Origin: a virus | DNA length: 64,000 nucleotides | IMG/VR virus record: IMGVR_UViG_3300044998_000260 | Span: 21,309 to 85,308 of that record | Reading direction: 5' to 3' (one strand) | In this document: positions 20,626-29,028 of the stretch, piece after piece | Position numbering within the stretch: position 1 is the first letter of the stretch | How the letters are laid out: each line of letters opens with the position of its first letter | Program-made: the position numbers and the translations under genes | The notes under the pieces: generated by a model | Seen by the model: the letters and a program-made list of their open reading frames with translations, nothing else | What the model was told of the DNA's origin: nothing | The model's database searches: none

Positions 20626-21027
20626 TTACTTACCTGCAACTTTTACGGCCAACTTCTCCATATACTTCTTAGCAACCGTCCACATTTCGTTGTGCGCTTC
20701 TAGCTCAATTACAAGTTGTGATCTTTCCTCGTCGATTTCCTTGATACGTGCTGTAATTTCCTTGATACGATTTTCCGCACCATCATTTACAGCACGAATA
20801 AGGTTAATCTTACTACCCGTTATCTTGGTAGGCATATCTGGTAGTGGATATGCAATCTCCTGAGTGTTATTGCTTCGTTCCGACATAGGAGGAGCATAAA
20901 CACGATTCAGATTGTCGAGAATACGTTCTGAATCAGGACGATTCACTCGCTTCTTACGCGACAAACCCAATCCAAGCAAAGTAGTCAAGGTGCCTCCAAT
21001 TATGAATAGTAAGTTTTTCTTTTTCAT
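20626..21027 (-). CDS. N-anchored coiled-coil protein
   Basis: basic-hydrophobic N-terminus. Confidence 0.6.
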   Translation of the reverse strand: MKKKNLLFIIGGTLTTLLGLGLSRKKRVNRPDSERILDNLNRVYAPPMSERSNNTQEIAYPLPDMPTKITGSKINLIRAVNDGAENRIKEITARIKEIDEERSQLVIELEAHNEMWTVAKKYMEKLAVKVAGK

Positions 21028-21035
21028 ATGTTAAG

Positions 21036-21378
21036 TGGACCTGAGGGGGAATCGAACCCCCTGTCCAAAGCATTATACTAAGTGACTCTTCTCCGTGCGC
21101 AGTTCGTTGTCTCATTTTTGATTCAATGTATCACACCGAACAAATCTACATTGTCTCTATCCGATTGTCAATCTCGATCTTATCGGAGTCTGTCAAGATT
21201 TACCCCTTATCGTGAGTTTTTCGTTATCAGGGGATTAACGAAAAACTTCTCGGCTATATTAAGCAGCGAGAGCAAGCGCAGGATTTGCACTTAAAAGTTT
21301 GATTCCATTTAACGAGATCGAATCAGTCTCGGCACGCTTCATTCACACTTCTAACCTCTGTCGAAACCTGGCAGGCCC
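21036..21378 (-). ncRNA. ssrA: tmRNA, tag ANPALALAA*
   Basis: GGGCCTG/CAGGTCC acceptor with G3-U, GGTTTCGAC, T-arm GGGGGTTCGATTCCCCC, tag ORF 21288-21259. Confidence 0.93.
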
Positions 21379-21389
21379 TTTGTTGCTTA

Positions 21390-21932
21390 TCAAACTTCAA
21401 TAAGCAGCTCATCAAGATAATCAAACAGACTATCAATTACAACAACCTGATCTGTGTCAAACTTGTGATAATTTGACTGCATTGCCAACTTGAAATCGTC
21501 GTGTTCCTTTCTATACATATCCACCAAACGACCACCTGATTCCACATTGGCAATGCGATCAGCCACCTTCACCAACACCGCTTTGTAGTTCTGGGCAATA
21601 CGCGGATACGCCTGCGCATGTCGCCACTTGCGATTGCCGCCCTTCGGTTCAGTGACCGCCGCCACAATGTCAGCAATTTCACGACCGAAGAAAGTAATTA
21701 AATCTTCGTATTCGGCATCAGTATCTTCAAGAACATCGTGCAGCCATGCGGCGACACGAAGATCTTCATCAAAAATACCAAATCGAAGTAACACACTTTC
21801 TACTGCCTGTAAGTGTAGAGCATACGGAAACTCGTCACCATACTTCTGCTCACCGTGGGCACGGACGGCAAATCGCTTTGCGCGGTATACCTTGTCTACG
21901 GCTTCGCGAGCCACAATGTTTACATCGGTCAT
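21390..21932 (-). CDS. RelA/SpoT-type HD hydrolase (small alarmone hydrolase-like)
   Basis: AHGEQKY..PYALHL, AAWLHDVLEDT, VKVADRIAN. Confidence 0.85.
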   Translation of the reverse strand: MTDVNIVAREAVDKVYRAKRFAVRAHGEQKYGDEFPYALHLQAVESVLLRFGIFDEDLRVAAWLHDVLEDTDAEYEDLITFFGREIADIVAAVTEPKGGNRKWRHAQAYPRIAQNYKAVLVKVADRIANVESGGRLVDMYRKEHDDFKLAMQSNYHKFDTDQVVVIDSLFDYLDELLIEV

Positions 21933-22008
21933 ATTATCTCCTAGATGCTTTGTTCTAATATACCACACCTAGGTCTCAAAGTCAAGTAACAATTGTAACA
22001 GGTTTGTA

Positions 22009-22413
22009 TCAGTCGGTTACAATAATTTGACGCTCTAAAAGCTCCTCAATCGCTTCCCGAATCTGCTTTCTAGTACGATTTGTAGGATATCGCATTTTTC
22101 TTTCAATCGTCCATACAGATTCGCACACTTCGTCTTCGGTCATGAATCTTGTAGACGACACAGATCGAATAATATCACCGTATTTACGACTTACATCCCG
22201 CATAATCGAACCACCAAAAATAGGCTTAACGATACCAGAATCAGAATACAAATTGAGTTTATAACGAACTGGTGTATCTACTACAGTTACGGACTTTTGT
22301 GGTTCCGACTTGGGCTCCGGCGCAATCTCCGGCTTCTTTTCCACAGCCTTCGTGGGTTCCGTCTTGACCGATTCTACGGTCGGAGTAACATTTTTTTCAG
22401 TAACATCAGACAT
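22009..22413 (-). CDS. hypothetical protein
   Basis: ORF. Confidence 0.6.
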   Translation of the reverse strand: MSDVTEKNVTPTVESVKTEPTKAVEKKPEIAPEPKSEPQKSVTVVDTPVRYKLNLYSDSGIVKPIFGGSIMRDVSRKYGDIIRSVSSTRFMTEDEVCESVWTIERKMRYPTNRTRKQIREAIEELLERQIIVTD

Positions 22414-22508
22414 AATATTATCCCCAAAAATGGGCAAAGAAAGGTCTACTATTGTAAATATCAATCAGATTGAAATAAATCAATGAACACTATTCATCAT
22501 TTATTTTT

Positions 22509-23168
22509 TTACACAAGAATCATTTCGAATTCGTCGAGGATTCTGCACTTTCCATCAATAACACTTCTGTGCATATGTCCACAATACATCTGCGGATTAC
22601 CCAAACTATCCCAAATATTCTGGACAATATCAGCATTATGATCGCGCCAATCCATAGGCACACCAAAAAATTGAAGAGCATCCTTACTGAAATTGCCTTG
22701 AATAACATTCTGTGGCGGAACATGCGTAATTAGCATGTCCACCTTATTGTTGTTTTGGCCAAGCTCCAAAAGCAATCGGTCCACATCCTGTTGGCGGATG
22801 TTTTCTTTATCGCTCCAATGCATACCATATATGAGTCTAATATTCTTGTCAATCGAGGCGGCACCGCCCATAAAGGCAATCGTGCGTCCATCAATCGTTA
22901 ATACACGTCCTCGCGGTACAAAAAAACAGTTATTATGAATATCGACCAAATCATCGGCATCAAGAAAAAGAGCATGTTGCTCATGATTACCATCAATCCA
23001 ATAGACCGGCAACGGCAACTTGTATTGAAACAAACGATTTATCACTCCATCGTAATATCCAAAGTCACCGACTTGAATGAGTGCGTTAGCGCCGGCTTCG
23101 TGCGCCTTAACTGCACGATCTTCCAACACTTCAAACGCGCCGTGAATGTCACCGAGAATTGCAATCAT
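22509..23168 (-). CDS. calcineurin-like metallophosphoesterase
   Basis: GDIHG, GDFG, GNHE, THVPP, CGHMH. Confidence 0.9.
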   Translation of the reverse strand: MIAILGDIHGAFEVLEDRAVKAHEAGANALIQVGDFGYYDGVINRLFQYKLPLPVYWIDGNHEQHALFLDADDLVDIHNNCFFVPRGRVLTIDGRTIAFMGGAASIDKNIRLIYGMHWSDKENIRQQDVDRLLLELGQNNNKVDMLITHVPPQNVIQGNFSKDALQFFGVPMDWRDHNADIVQNIWDSLGNPQMYCGHMHRSVIDGKCRILDEFEMILV

Positions 23169-23272
23169 AAAAATGACCTAGTTGGGGATGACTTTGAAAT
23201 ATACCTACTAGAAAAGAAAAAATCAAGGGTATTTGCCTTGACTTTTTCGGTATTACTAATTTGTTACATTAG

Positions 23273-23359
23273 CGGAAGACACGGGACTCGAACCCGCAAC
23301 TCCCTTGTGGGGAGCACCTCGTTTCCAGCGAGGCTCCTAATCCAATTCGGATATCTTCC
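23273..23359 (-). tRNA. tRNA-Ser(GGA)
   Basis: cloverleaf, long variable arm. Confidence 0.9.
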
Positions 23360-23484
23360 AAACGGGCCGACCTATACCACCTTCATCGAGAAGGTTTCTC
23401 TTGGCAAACGGTCCTAATTTACCCGGCAAGGTTATATTAAGCGTAACGGAAGACCAAGATTCGACCCAAGGTGACTATAAATAG

Positions 23485-23796
23485 TTAGACTGACTTGATT
23501 GCTTCAAGTTCTTCTTGTGCTTTTCGCAAATCTTCTTCTTTTTGCAAAAGCGAGGCCACCAAGAAAATACATCCCACAGCAACATCCATTGCTTCAGAGG
23601 CGACTTCTACGGGATCATTACTACGAACTGCCTCTAAAAGTTCGTGATATTCTTCTGCAATAATACCAAGTCCTTCGTGGTTGCTAACAAATGCTCCTTT
23701 ACCCTTCTGTTCAATACGGCCCCCCACGGCACGTACCATTTCTTCAAGAGTGCGATTCAAAATTTCATCAGTAACTTGCGGACGTATAAATGACAT
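23485..23796 (-). CDS. MazG-like NTP pyrophosphohydrolase
   Basis: IIAEEYHELLEA..EAMDVA. Confidence 0.6.
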   Translation of the reverse strand: MSFIRPQVTDEILNRTLEEMVRAVGGRIEQKGKGAFVSNHEGLGIIAEEYHELLEAVRSNDPVEVASEAMDVAVGCIFLVASLLQKEEDLRKAQEELEAIKSV

Positions 23797-23820
23797 ATAT
23801 CCTCTTTGTGGAGTCCATGA

Positions 23821-24894
23821 TTAAGAATAATACAAACGTGGCAAATTGTCAAGCCATATATGTTCACTTCTACGAACATATTTCTTGAGAGCCTTTCTTT
23901 GACACTCAAGCCATATAAAATGACGGTCATAGAATAGAACTCGCTTCATTGCTCGAACAATACTCTTAGTATCGGTAGTCTTGGCCGTGAAAAATTTCGG
24001 CATCCAATCCACTTCGGTAGATGTTACAATCGGTATATCGCGATTGACAAAATCCGCAGAAACAATATTGAATGTTTCCGAGAAACTCACTTGTAAACCA
24101 AGATCCATCTGATCAACCAATGCAATAAACTCATCACGATCAAGCCAATCGTGTTCTACGAGTTCATGCTTGCCGGCCACACCAGCAAATAATGCTCGCA
24201 AATTTTTCAGTACGACTTCACCGCGCTGTTCAATTCTACCCGCATTGATATGAAATCGGAGCTTCAATCCTTTTTGATCCGCAAATTGAATAGCCGCTGC
24301 TGCCTGTGTCAGATGATTTTTCATTGGACGAATTGCGCCAAAGCATCCAATGTCAATCGTTTCGCCTTTATCCCAGAATAATTCGGCCGGCGTTGTTCGA
24401 TCACCTACTGGATAGTAGTTTGGCAAGAACACCAATTTATGTGCCAAATTCCCATCAGTCGTGCTCTTGAAATAATTTATTAAATCGCGATGAGTGAAAT
24501 CTGAGTTTGCAGATACGAACACATTATCTTTTCGAACATAGGCATTGATCCACTCCATTGCAATACCTTCATTTGTTAAAAATGAAAGATCACTATGTAA
24601 ACGAATTATCCATTTGACATTGGGATGTAATCTTCGTAATACATCAAATTTCTCAGGTACCACCCAAAGAGCTTCGATGATAACGATATCGGGTTTGTAT
24701 GCGGTTACTTCACGATCAATAGAATTATTATCTACTACTTGAACAAGCTTTGATTCATATCCGTTCTTCAACAACATTTCATGTACAAATGTTGCAGAAT
24801 TGAACAGACCGGCACTCTTTAGAAGACGATCCCCGCTGTCAGGTCCGTACTGATGACGAAACTTTAGAATGAATAGAACTCGCGGCGTTTTCAT
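23821..24894 (-). CDS. glycosyltransferase-like protein
   Basis: IGCFGAIRPMKNH, SFSETFNIVSAD (GT-B-like). Confidence 0.5.
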   Translation of the reverse strand: MKTPRVLFILKFRHQYGPDSGDRLLKSAGLFNSATFVHEMLLKNGYESKLVQVVDNNSIDREVTAYKPDIVIIEALWVVPEKFDVLRRLHPNVKWIIRLHSDLSFLTNEGIAMEWINAYVRKDNVFVSANSDFTHRDLINYFKSTTDGNLAHKLVFLPNYYPVGDRTTPAELFWDKGETIDIGCFGAIRPMKNHLTQAAAAIQFADQKGLKLRFHINAGRIEQRGEVVLKNLRALFAGVAGKHELVEHDWLDRDEFIALVDQMDLGLQVSFSETFNIVSADFVNRDIPIVTSTEVDWMPKFFTAKTTDTKSIVRAMKRVLFYDRHFIWLECQRKALKKYVRRSEHIWLDNLPRLYYS

Positions 24895-25007
24895 GGATAC
24901 TTCTCGGCAAAGGTGAAATAACAACTATAAATAGTCAAGTCAATTTACGATGTGTGTGATTTTTATCGCGGTTCTTCTCTGAACTGTATGATAATACTTC
25001 CTAATAG

Positions 25008-25079
25008 TACCCTCGTTGGGATTTGAACCCAATCTTCATGTTTAGGAAACGAGCGTGCTGTCCATTACACCACGAAGGC
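25008..25079 (-). tRNA. tRNA-Arg(CCT), weak anticodon stem
   Basis: good acceptor/D/T arms; mismatched anticodon stem. Confidence 0.6.
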
Positions 25080-25081
25080 AT

Positions 25082-25291
25082 CTACGTGTCACGCATATTC
25101 ATATCAAGCGTATAATTACGACTTATGGTAATTTGATTTGAGTCGTAATGGTTAATCTTTCCGGTTTCAAGATTAGCAATCAACCAATGTGTGTTTTCAT
25201 GCGGACCATAATCAATAATGAATAAGGCCTGCCCCATACCATGTGGTGTGTTTACCCATAAAACTTGTTGTATTTCGTGAATGGTGGTCAT
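25082..25291 (-). CDS. hypothetical protein
   Basis: 69-aa ORF, ATGA-coupled to upstream gene. Confidence 0.65.
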   Translation of the reverse strand: MTTIHEIQQVLWVNTPHGMGQALFIIDYGPHENTHWLIANLETGKINHYDSNQITISRNYTLDMNMRDT

Positions 25292-25521
25292 GTAATATAC
25301 GCGACAAGTTTATCATCTTTGGTCTTTAACTCTAAATGACCTTTGAAACGAATGCTGGCCTTGGTATGTGGATTGTCCGGTGTTTCTTTGGTAGAAAATC
25401 CTCGTTCTGACTCAAAGTGCCAAATGTAATGTGTTTGACCCTTGTGCTTGATGATCCACGGTGGAATGTTCTATGGATCGGCGTTATGGGCTTTGTTATA
25501 GTGAAAGATAATGGTATCCAT
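25288..25521 (-). CDS. 77-codon gene with in-frame TAG at codon 17 (readthrough candidate or pseudogene)
   Basis: GAGGA RBS; MDTIIFHYNKAHNADP*NIPPWIIKHKGQ..AYIT; TGA overlaps next ATG. Confidence 0.6.
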
Positions 25522-25685
25522 ACATATTCCTCAATTTATAGTTGATATAATAAACGCCGTTAAGACAGGCCGTTGTTGACCCGCCTCAACGGCGTTGATG
25601 TTTGTCCATGTCCGCCTCAAGCCCACAGAGGTGATTCTAGTTCATAAATTCTTCTTCAATTGGATTGCATATATCCTTGTTTAAG

Positions 25686-25769
25686 CGGAAGCAGAGGGAT
25701 TCGAACCCCCAAAACCTTTCGGTTCGACACTTTTCAAGAGTGCTTAACACGCCAATTGTTCGTGCTTCC
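25686..25769 (-). tRNA. tRNA-Ser(TGA)
   Basis: cloverleaf. Confidence 0.9.
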
Positions 25770-25821
25770 ATTATTCATTATAACTTATACTTATCGTATT
25801 TTGTAGAAGTTAATTTTGCAG

Positions 25822-25894
25822 TGCTCACGGAAGGGATCGAACCTTCTATCTCTGCTATGTCAAAGCAGCGTGTTAGCCGGTACACCACGCGAGC
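25822..25894 (-). tRNA. tRNA-Val(GAC)
   Basis: cloverleaf. Confidence 0.9.
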
Positions 25895-25898
25895 AATA

Positions 25899-25971
25899 TG
25901 CCCATAGCGGGACTTGAACCCGCATCAACCGTTTTAGAGACGGTTGCTCTATGCCTTTGAGCTATATGGAC
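25899..25971 (-). tRNA. amber suppressor tRNA (CTA)
   Basis: ACCGT-CT CTA AA-ACGGT; complete 73-nt cloverleaf. Confidence 0.9.
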
Positions 25972-26046
25972 TGGAGGTACGAGGTGGATTTCAACCACCG
26001 CCTTCAGTTTTGCAAGCTGATGTCTTGAGCACTTGACTATCGTACC
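25972..26046 (-). tRNA. tRNA-Cys(GCA), CCA encoded
   Basis: cloverleaf. Confidence 0.8.
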
Positions 26047-26049
26047 ATT

Positions 26050-26126
26050 TGGTGGCAGACACGGGAGTCGAACCCGCTATCTCATTGGTTATGAGACAAA
26101 ATGGTTTTCCGTTCCACTCACCTGCA
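26050..26126 (-). tRNA. tRNA-Met(CAT)-like, weak anticodon stem
   Basis: 1-72 mismatch, CCA encoded. Confidence 0.6.
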
Positions 26127-26136
26127 ATTTTTCTAG

Positions 26137-26210
26137 TGGCGGGAGGAGGATTTGAACCTCCGACCTCGACGTTATGAGCGTCGCGAGCTACCAGGCTGCT
26201 CTATCCCGCA
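26137..26210 (-). tRNA. initiator-like tRNA-fMet(CAT)
   Basis: 1-72 mismatch, GAGCAGCCTGGTAGCTCG D-arm. Confidence 0.85.
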
Positions 26211-26211
26211 G

Positions 26212-26284
26212 TTGCTCTTCCAGGGATCGAACCTGGACTTTCCTGTTTCAGAGACAGGCGTGTTGCCTATTACACCAAAGAGCA
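26212..26284 (-). tRNA. tRNA-Gln(CTG)
   Basis: cloverleaf. Confidence 0.9.
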
Positions 26285-26293
26285 ATAAAAATG

Positions 26294-26488
26294 AATGTTC
26301 CGTAGCCGCAGTTCTGTTCTATCCTATCATTTATCTAAGCACCAACCCGCAGTTCTCTAGGGTCAAGCAATCTGCTGTTTGGCTTGCTGCGTTGCTGTGG
26401 TCTACGCGATGGTATTACCATCTTCCACATCCCCATTGCAGCTGCGAACTTCCTCCAGGTGTCACCACCCAGCGATAGGTCGAACATT
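26294..26488 (-). ncRNA. rnpB: minimal RNase P RNA (195 nt)
   Basis: GAGGAAGTTCGCAG..AGATAAATG..AACAGAACTGCGGCT; P1-P4, P6, P15 pair. Confidence 0.88.
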
Positions 26489-26509
26489 CATTAATATGTT
26501 TTACTATAG

Positions 26510-26582
26510 TCGGGATGGAGGGACTCGAACCCCCGATTTCTTGCTCCCAAAGCAAGTGCCATAGCCACTAGGCGACATCCCG
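26510..26582 (-). tRNA. tRNA-Pro(TGG)
   Basis: cloverleaf. Confidence 0.92.
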
Positions 26583-26588
26583 ATAAAA

Positions 26589-26919
26589 AGAAACGGACTG
26601 AGATTACATCCGTTTATGATTACCCGTTTGTTGGATTATTCCAACCCGTGTCCCCACGGGCCGTTCCCAACTTATCCACACCCTCATGGGCGTCGGCAAT
26701 CAGAGCGACCTTTTTTAAGGTGTGGCATTTCACCTGTCGTCTGGCGCTACTCAACCTTTTCTCTACCACCGAGCTTGCGGCCCGTTCAACTCCGCTAAGA
26801 GTTTATGTGCGAGTCTGGATTGATGAATCTCCGTCTTGGGAACATCGACTCAGCCACATTCGTTACCGTGTGGCATTACGCTCTTTTTCGCGTTCAGACC
26901 GAGGAAGTCTTTCCATTTT
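26589..26919 (-). ncRNA. short GOLLD-like structured RNA
   Basis: no ORF, many hairpins; GTTGAGTAG, GTGGATAAG, AATAATCC, GTAATCTCAG resemble GOLLD 3' domain (recalled). Confidence 0.5.
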
Positions 26920-26994
26920 TGGGTTCAATAGTGGGATTCGCACCCACAACCGATTCTTTAGCATAGAATTGCTCAACTATTGAGCTATATTGAA
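26920..26994 (-). tRNA. atypical tRNA-like gene, anticodon GCT, short variable region, C73, CCA encoded
   Basis: TTCAATA/TATTGAA acceptor; T-loop TGCGAAT. Confidence 0.6.
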
Positions 26995-26996
26995 AC

Positions 26997-27480
26997 CTTG
27001 AGCGAAGTGCTTCCTCAGTAGTTCCCGTATCTTTTGGATACAGAAATGCTACACTCCGCAGTTGTGTTCGGCTTGCGACCTACTTCACCATGTTTTGCGA
27101 CCACGAGCGGCACTTCTAACAGTCGCCCCGCCCAGACCACTCACATTGCAATTCAGCCCTTGACTGCAAAATCTCAAACTGAATTACTATCTGTTACCGA
27201 TACTTCCTCGGCCGTTGGTATGAAAGGAGCCCGGCACCACCCGTCAGACTTCGGTAACCCGCTTTCCTTTCGGGGCGTCGGCTACCGTTCTTTCCCTTTC
27301 ACGACCTTCGGACCTATCACCGCTTTGGGAGCGATGCCACCACAGTCGCTGTGGTGTCGGCCAGACTTGCTTCGGCGAGCGAGACTTTCATCTCACGGGG
27401 ATTACAAGGATACACCCCTTTATATGTCTTACGACATACTATTCTCACGGACCCGAAGCGGCCCGTTACTTCAGTTTTCA
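26997..27480 (-). ncRNA. ROOL-like large structured RNA
   Basis: TGAATTGCAAT, GTAGCATT, CCAAAAG..GGGAAC..ACTTCGC resemble ROOL 3' region (recalled); many hairpins. Confidence 0.5.
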
Positions 27481-27526
27481 ATCAACATTCACGGGGTGAA
27501 GCTGAACCAGCTTCACCCGCCACCAC

Positions 27527-27685
27527 TCACTTTTTATCGTTGTGTGAGTCAACTACTGTCAATCCTTGTCTCTTTGCCTGTTCTTGAAGAGCTTCTACAT
27601 GTCGCTTGCCAAGAGCCTCGGCTTCGGCAAGAAAAACCGGATAATTGGCTTCGGTAATAACGACTTCACACGAATTGTTTGCCAT
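27527..27685 (-). CDS. 52-aa hypothetical protein
   Basis: AGAGGA RBS; MANNSCEVVITEANYPVFL.. Confidence 0.55.
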   Translation of the reverse strand: MANNSCEVVITEANYPVFLAEAEALGKRHVEALQEQAKRQGLTVVDSHNDKK

Positions 27686-27708
27686 ATTTCCTCTTTTGTT
27701 TTAGAAAA

Positions 27709-27780
27709 TACCGGTACGGGGAATCGAACCCCGATTCTGAGATTGAAAGCCTCATGTCCTAGCCGTTAGACGATACCGGC
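27709..27780 (-). tRNA. tRNA-Glu(TTC)
   Basis: cloverleaf. Confidence 0.92.
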
Positions 27781-27787
27781 ATCTGGC

Positions 27788-27954
27788 TGTGAGGTATCTC
27801 CTCACTATCGCTTTGCCATGCGGCTCCGACGATGCCTCGGAACACGGCCGACTAAGACCGCCCCTTAGTCGAAGGCCCGTGTACATATTTCACCTGTGCT
27901 AGTCATACACGGCTGATTCGGCACTAGGCGCGGCTTTGATCTTGCCGCCTCACA
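27788..27954 (-). ncRNA. unclassified multibranched RNA
   Basis: closing stem TGTGAGG/CCTCACA with 3-4 internal hairpins. Confidence 0.5.
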
Positions 27955-27977
27955 ACACAAAGTATTGGAGTGTAGAG

Positions 27978-28050
27978 AGCAGATGGCGGGATTCGAACCC
28001 GCGACGACCGCCTTGGCAAGGCGACATTCTAGCCACTGAATTACATCTGC
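27978..28050 (-). tRNA. tRNA-Gly(GCC)
   Basis: cloverleaf. Confidence 0.92.
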
Positions 28051-28051
28051 G

Positions 28052-28125
28052 TGGAGCGGTTATACTGAGTTGAACAGTTCTTCCTTACTGGGAAGTAAGG
28101 CGTGCTGACGTTACACTAAAACCGC
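28052..28125 (-). tRNA. tRNA-Gly(CCC)-like, anticodon loop one nt short
   Basis: CCTTAC-TTCCCA-GTAAGG; CCA encoded. Confidence 0.6.
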
Positions 28126-28141
28126 ATAATTACATTTTTAA

Positions 28142-28212
28142 TTGGCCCCCAGGGATTCGAACCCCGATTAGCTGATCCAAAGTCAGCAGTCCTGCCGTTG
28201 AACGAGAGGCCA
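28142..28212 (-). tRNA. tRNA-Gln(TTG)
   Basis: cloverleaf. Confidence 0.92.
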
Positions 28213-28228
28213 ATAATTTATCTTTAAG

Positions 28229-28302
28229 AGCGGGTTACGGGATTCGAACCCGTACCGTCACCTTGGAAGGGTGTCATGCTAGCCATTGAACACCAAACCC
28301 GC
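28229..28302 (-). tRNA. tRNA-Gly(TCC)
   Basis: cloverleaf. Confidence 0.9.
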
Positions 28303-28304
28303 AT

Positions 28305-28415
28305 TTGAGCCTAGAATATAACATCTAATCTCAATCAGCATTTACTAGGCTCAACCCCGTTGTACCTTACGATATTATCGCGGGTCTGTTTCGGAGCAAT
28401 GTTATCTGATTGAGA
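28305..28415 (-). ncRNA. unclassified pseudoknot RNA
   Basis: two interleaved perfect 10-bp helices. Confidence 0.5.
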
Positions 28416-28418
28416 AAG

Positions 28419-28724
28419 TGCCTGTGGAGGGAGTCGAACCCACACTTCGGAGATTTTCTTACCACTATAACTTTCGTTACATTTCTACCTGATTATGATA
28501 GAAATTTTTGTGGTCTGGACTATACCTTTACCTTCAACTTTACTTGTTAAGGTACGCGCCGTCTAGTCTCTACACTTTCAATGAGAAAAAAAACAGTCTC
28601 AAAGCTTAGCTCGGGATTGGCAGTTAAGCTTTCCCCGAATTTGACGCGATTCACCAATCATATTTCTATGATAGTGCTCAAATTTGTTTAAGTCTCCTGC
28701 CTCTGCCAATTGGGCTACACAGGC
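28419..28724 (-). tRNA. tRNA-Leu(TAA) split by group I intron
   Basis: exons 28724-28690 and 28457-28419; CTT^AAAA. Confidence 0.9.
28458..28689 (-). mobile_element. group I intron (tRNA-Leu UAA type), 232 nt, no ORF
   Basis: P AATTCGGGGAA, Q AATCCCGAGC, R GTAGAGACTAGACGG, S AAGGTATAGTCC, terminal G. Confidence 0.9.
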
Positions 28725-28810
28725 ATATAATTATTTCACGATCAAGTTTTACTTCAATTGTCAATCAGCATTGTCTTACAAGTATAACTAGTGACAATTT
28801 ATTTGTCAAG

Positions 28811-28883
28811 TACCAGTAATGGGTGCCGACCCCATTTAGCCTTGTTTATGAGACAAGTGACGATGCCGACCGTCCCCACTGGC
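28811..28883 (-). tRNA. tRNA-Met/Ile2(CAT), atypical T-loop
   Basis: T-loop GTCGGCA. Confidence 0.7.
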
Positions 28884-28894
28884 ATATATCTTAG

Positions 28895-28968
28895 TGCCCT
28901 CGGTGAGATTTGAACTCACACTATTCAGTTTTTGAGACTGACGCCTCTGCCGGTTGGGCTACGAGGGC
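28895..28968 (-). tRNA. tRNA-Leu(CAA), short variable region
   Basis: cloverleaf. Confidence 0.85.
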
Positions 28969-29028
28969 ATATATCATTGATTATTTGATTACGTTGTTAT
29001 CATTCAACGGCCTTTCGGCTATGTCTTA

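Noticed and set aside
27034-27657. 207-aa plus-strand ORF
   Set aside because: Antisense to a structured RNA and small ORF; no RBS or protein-like features
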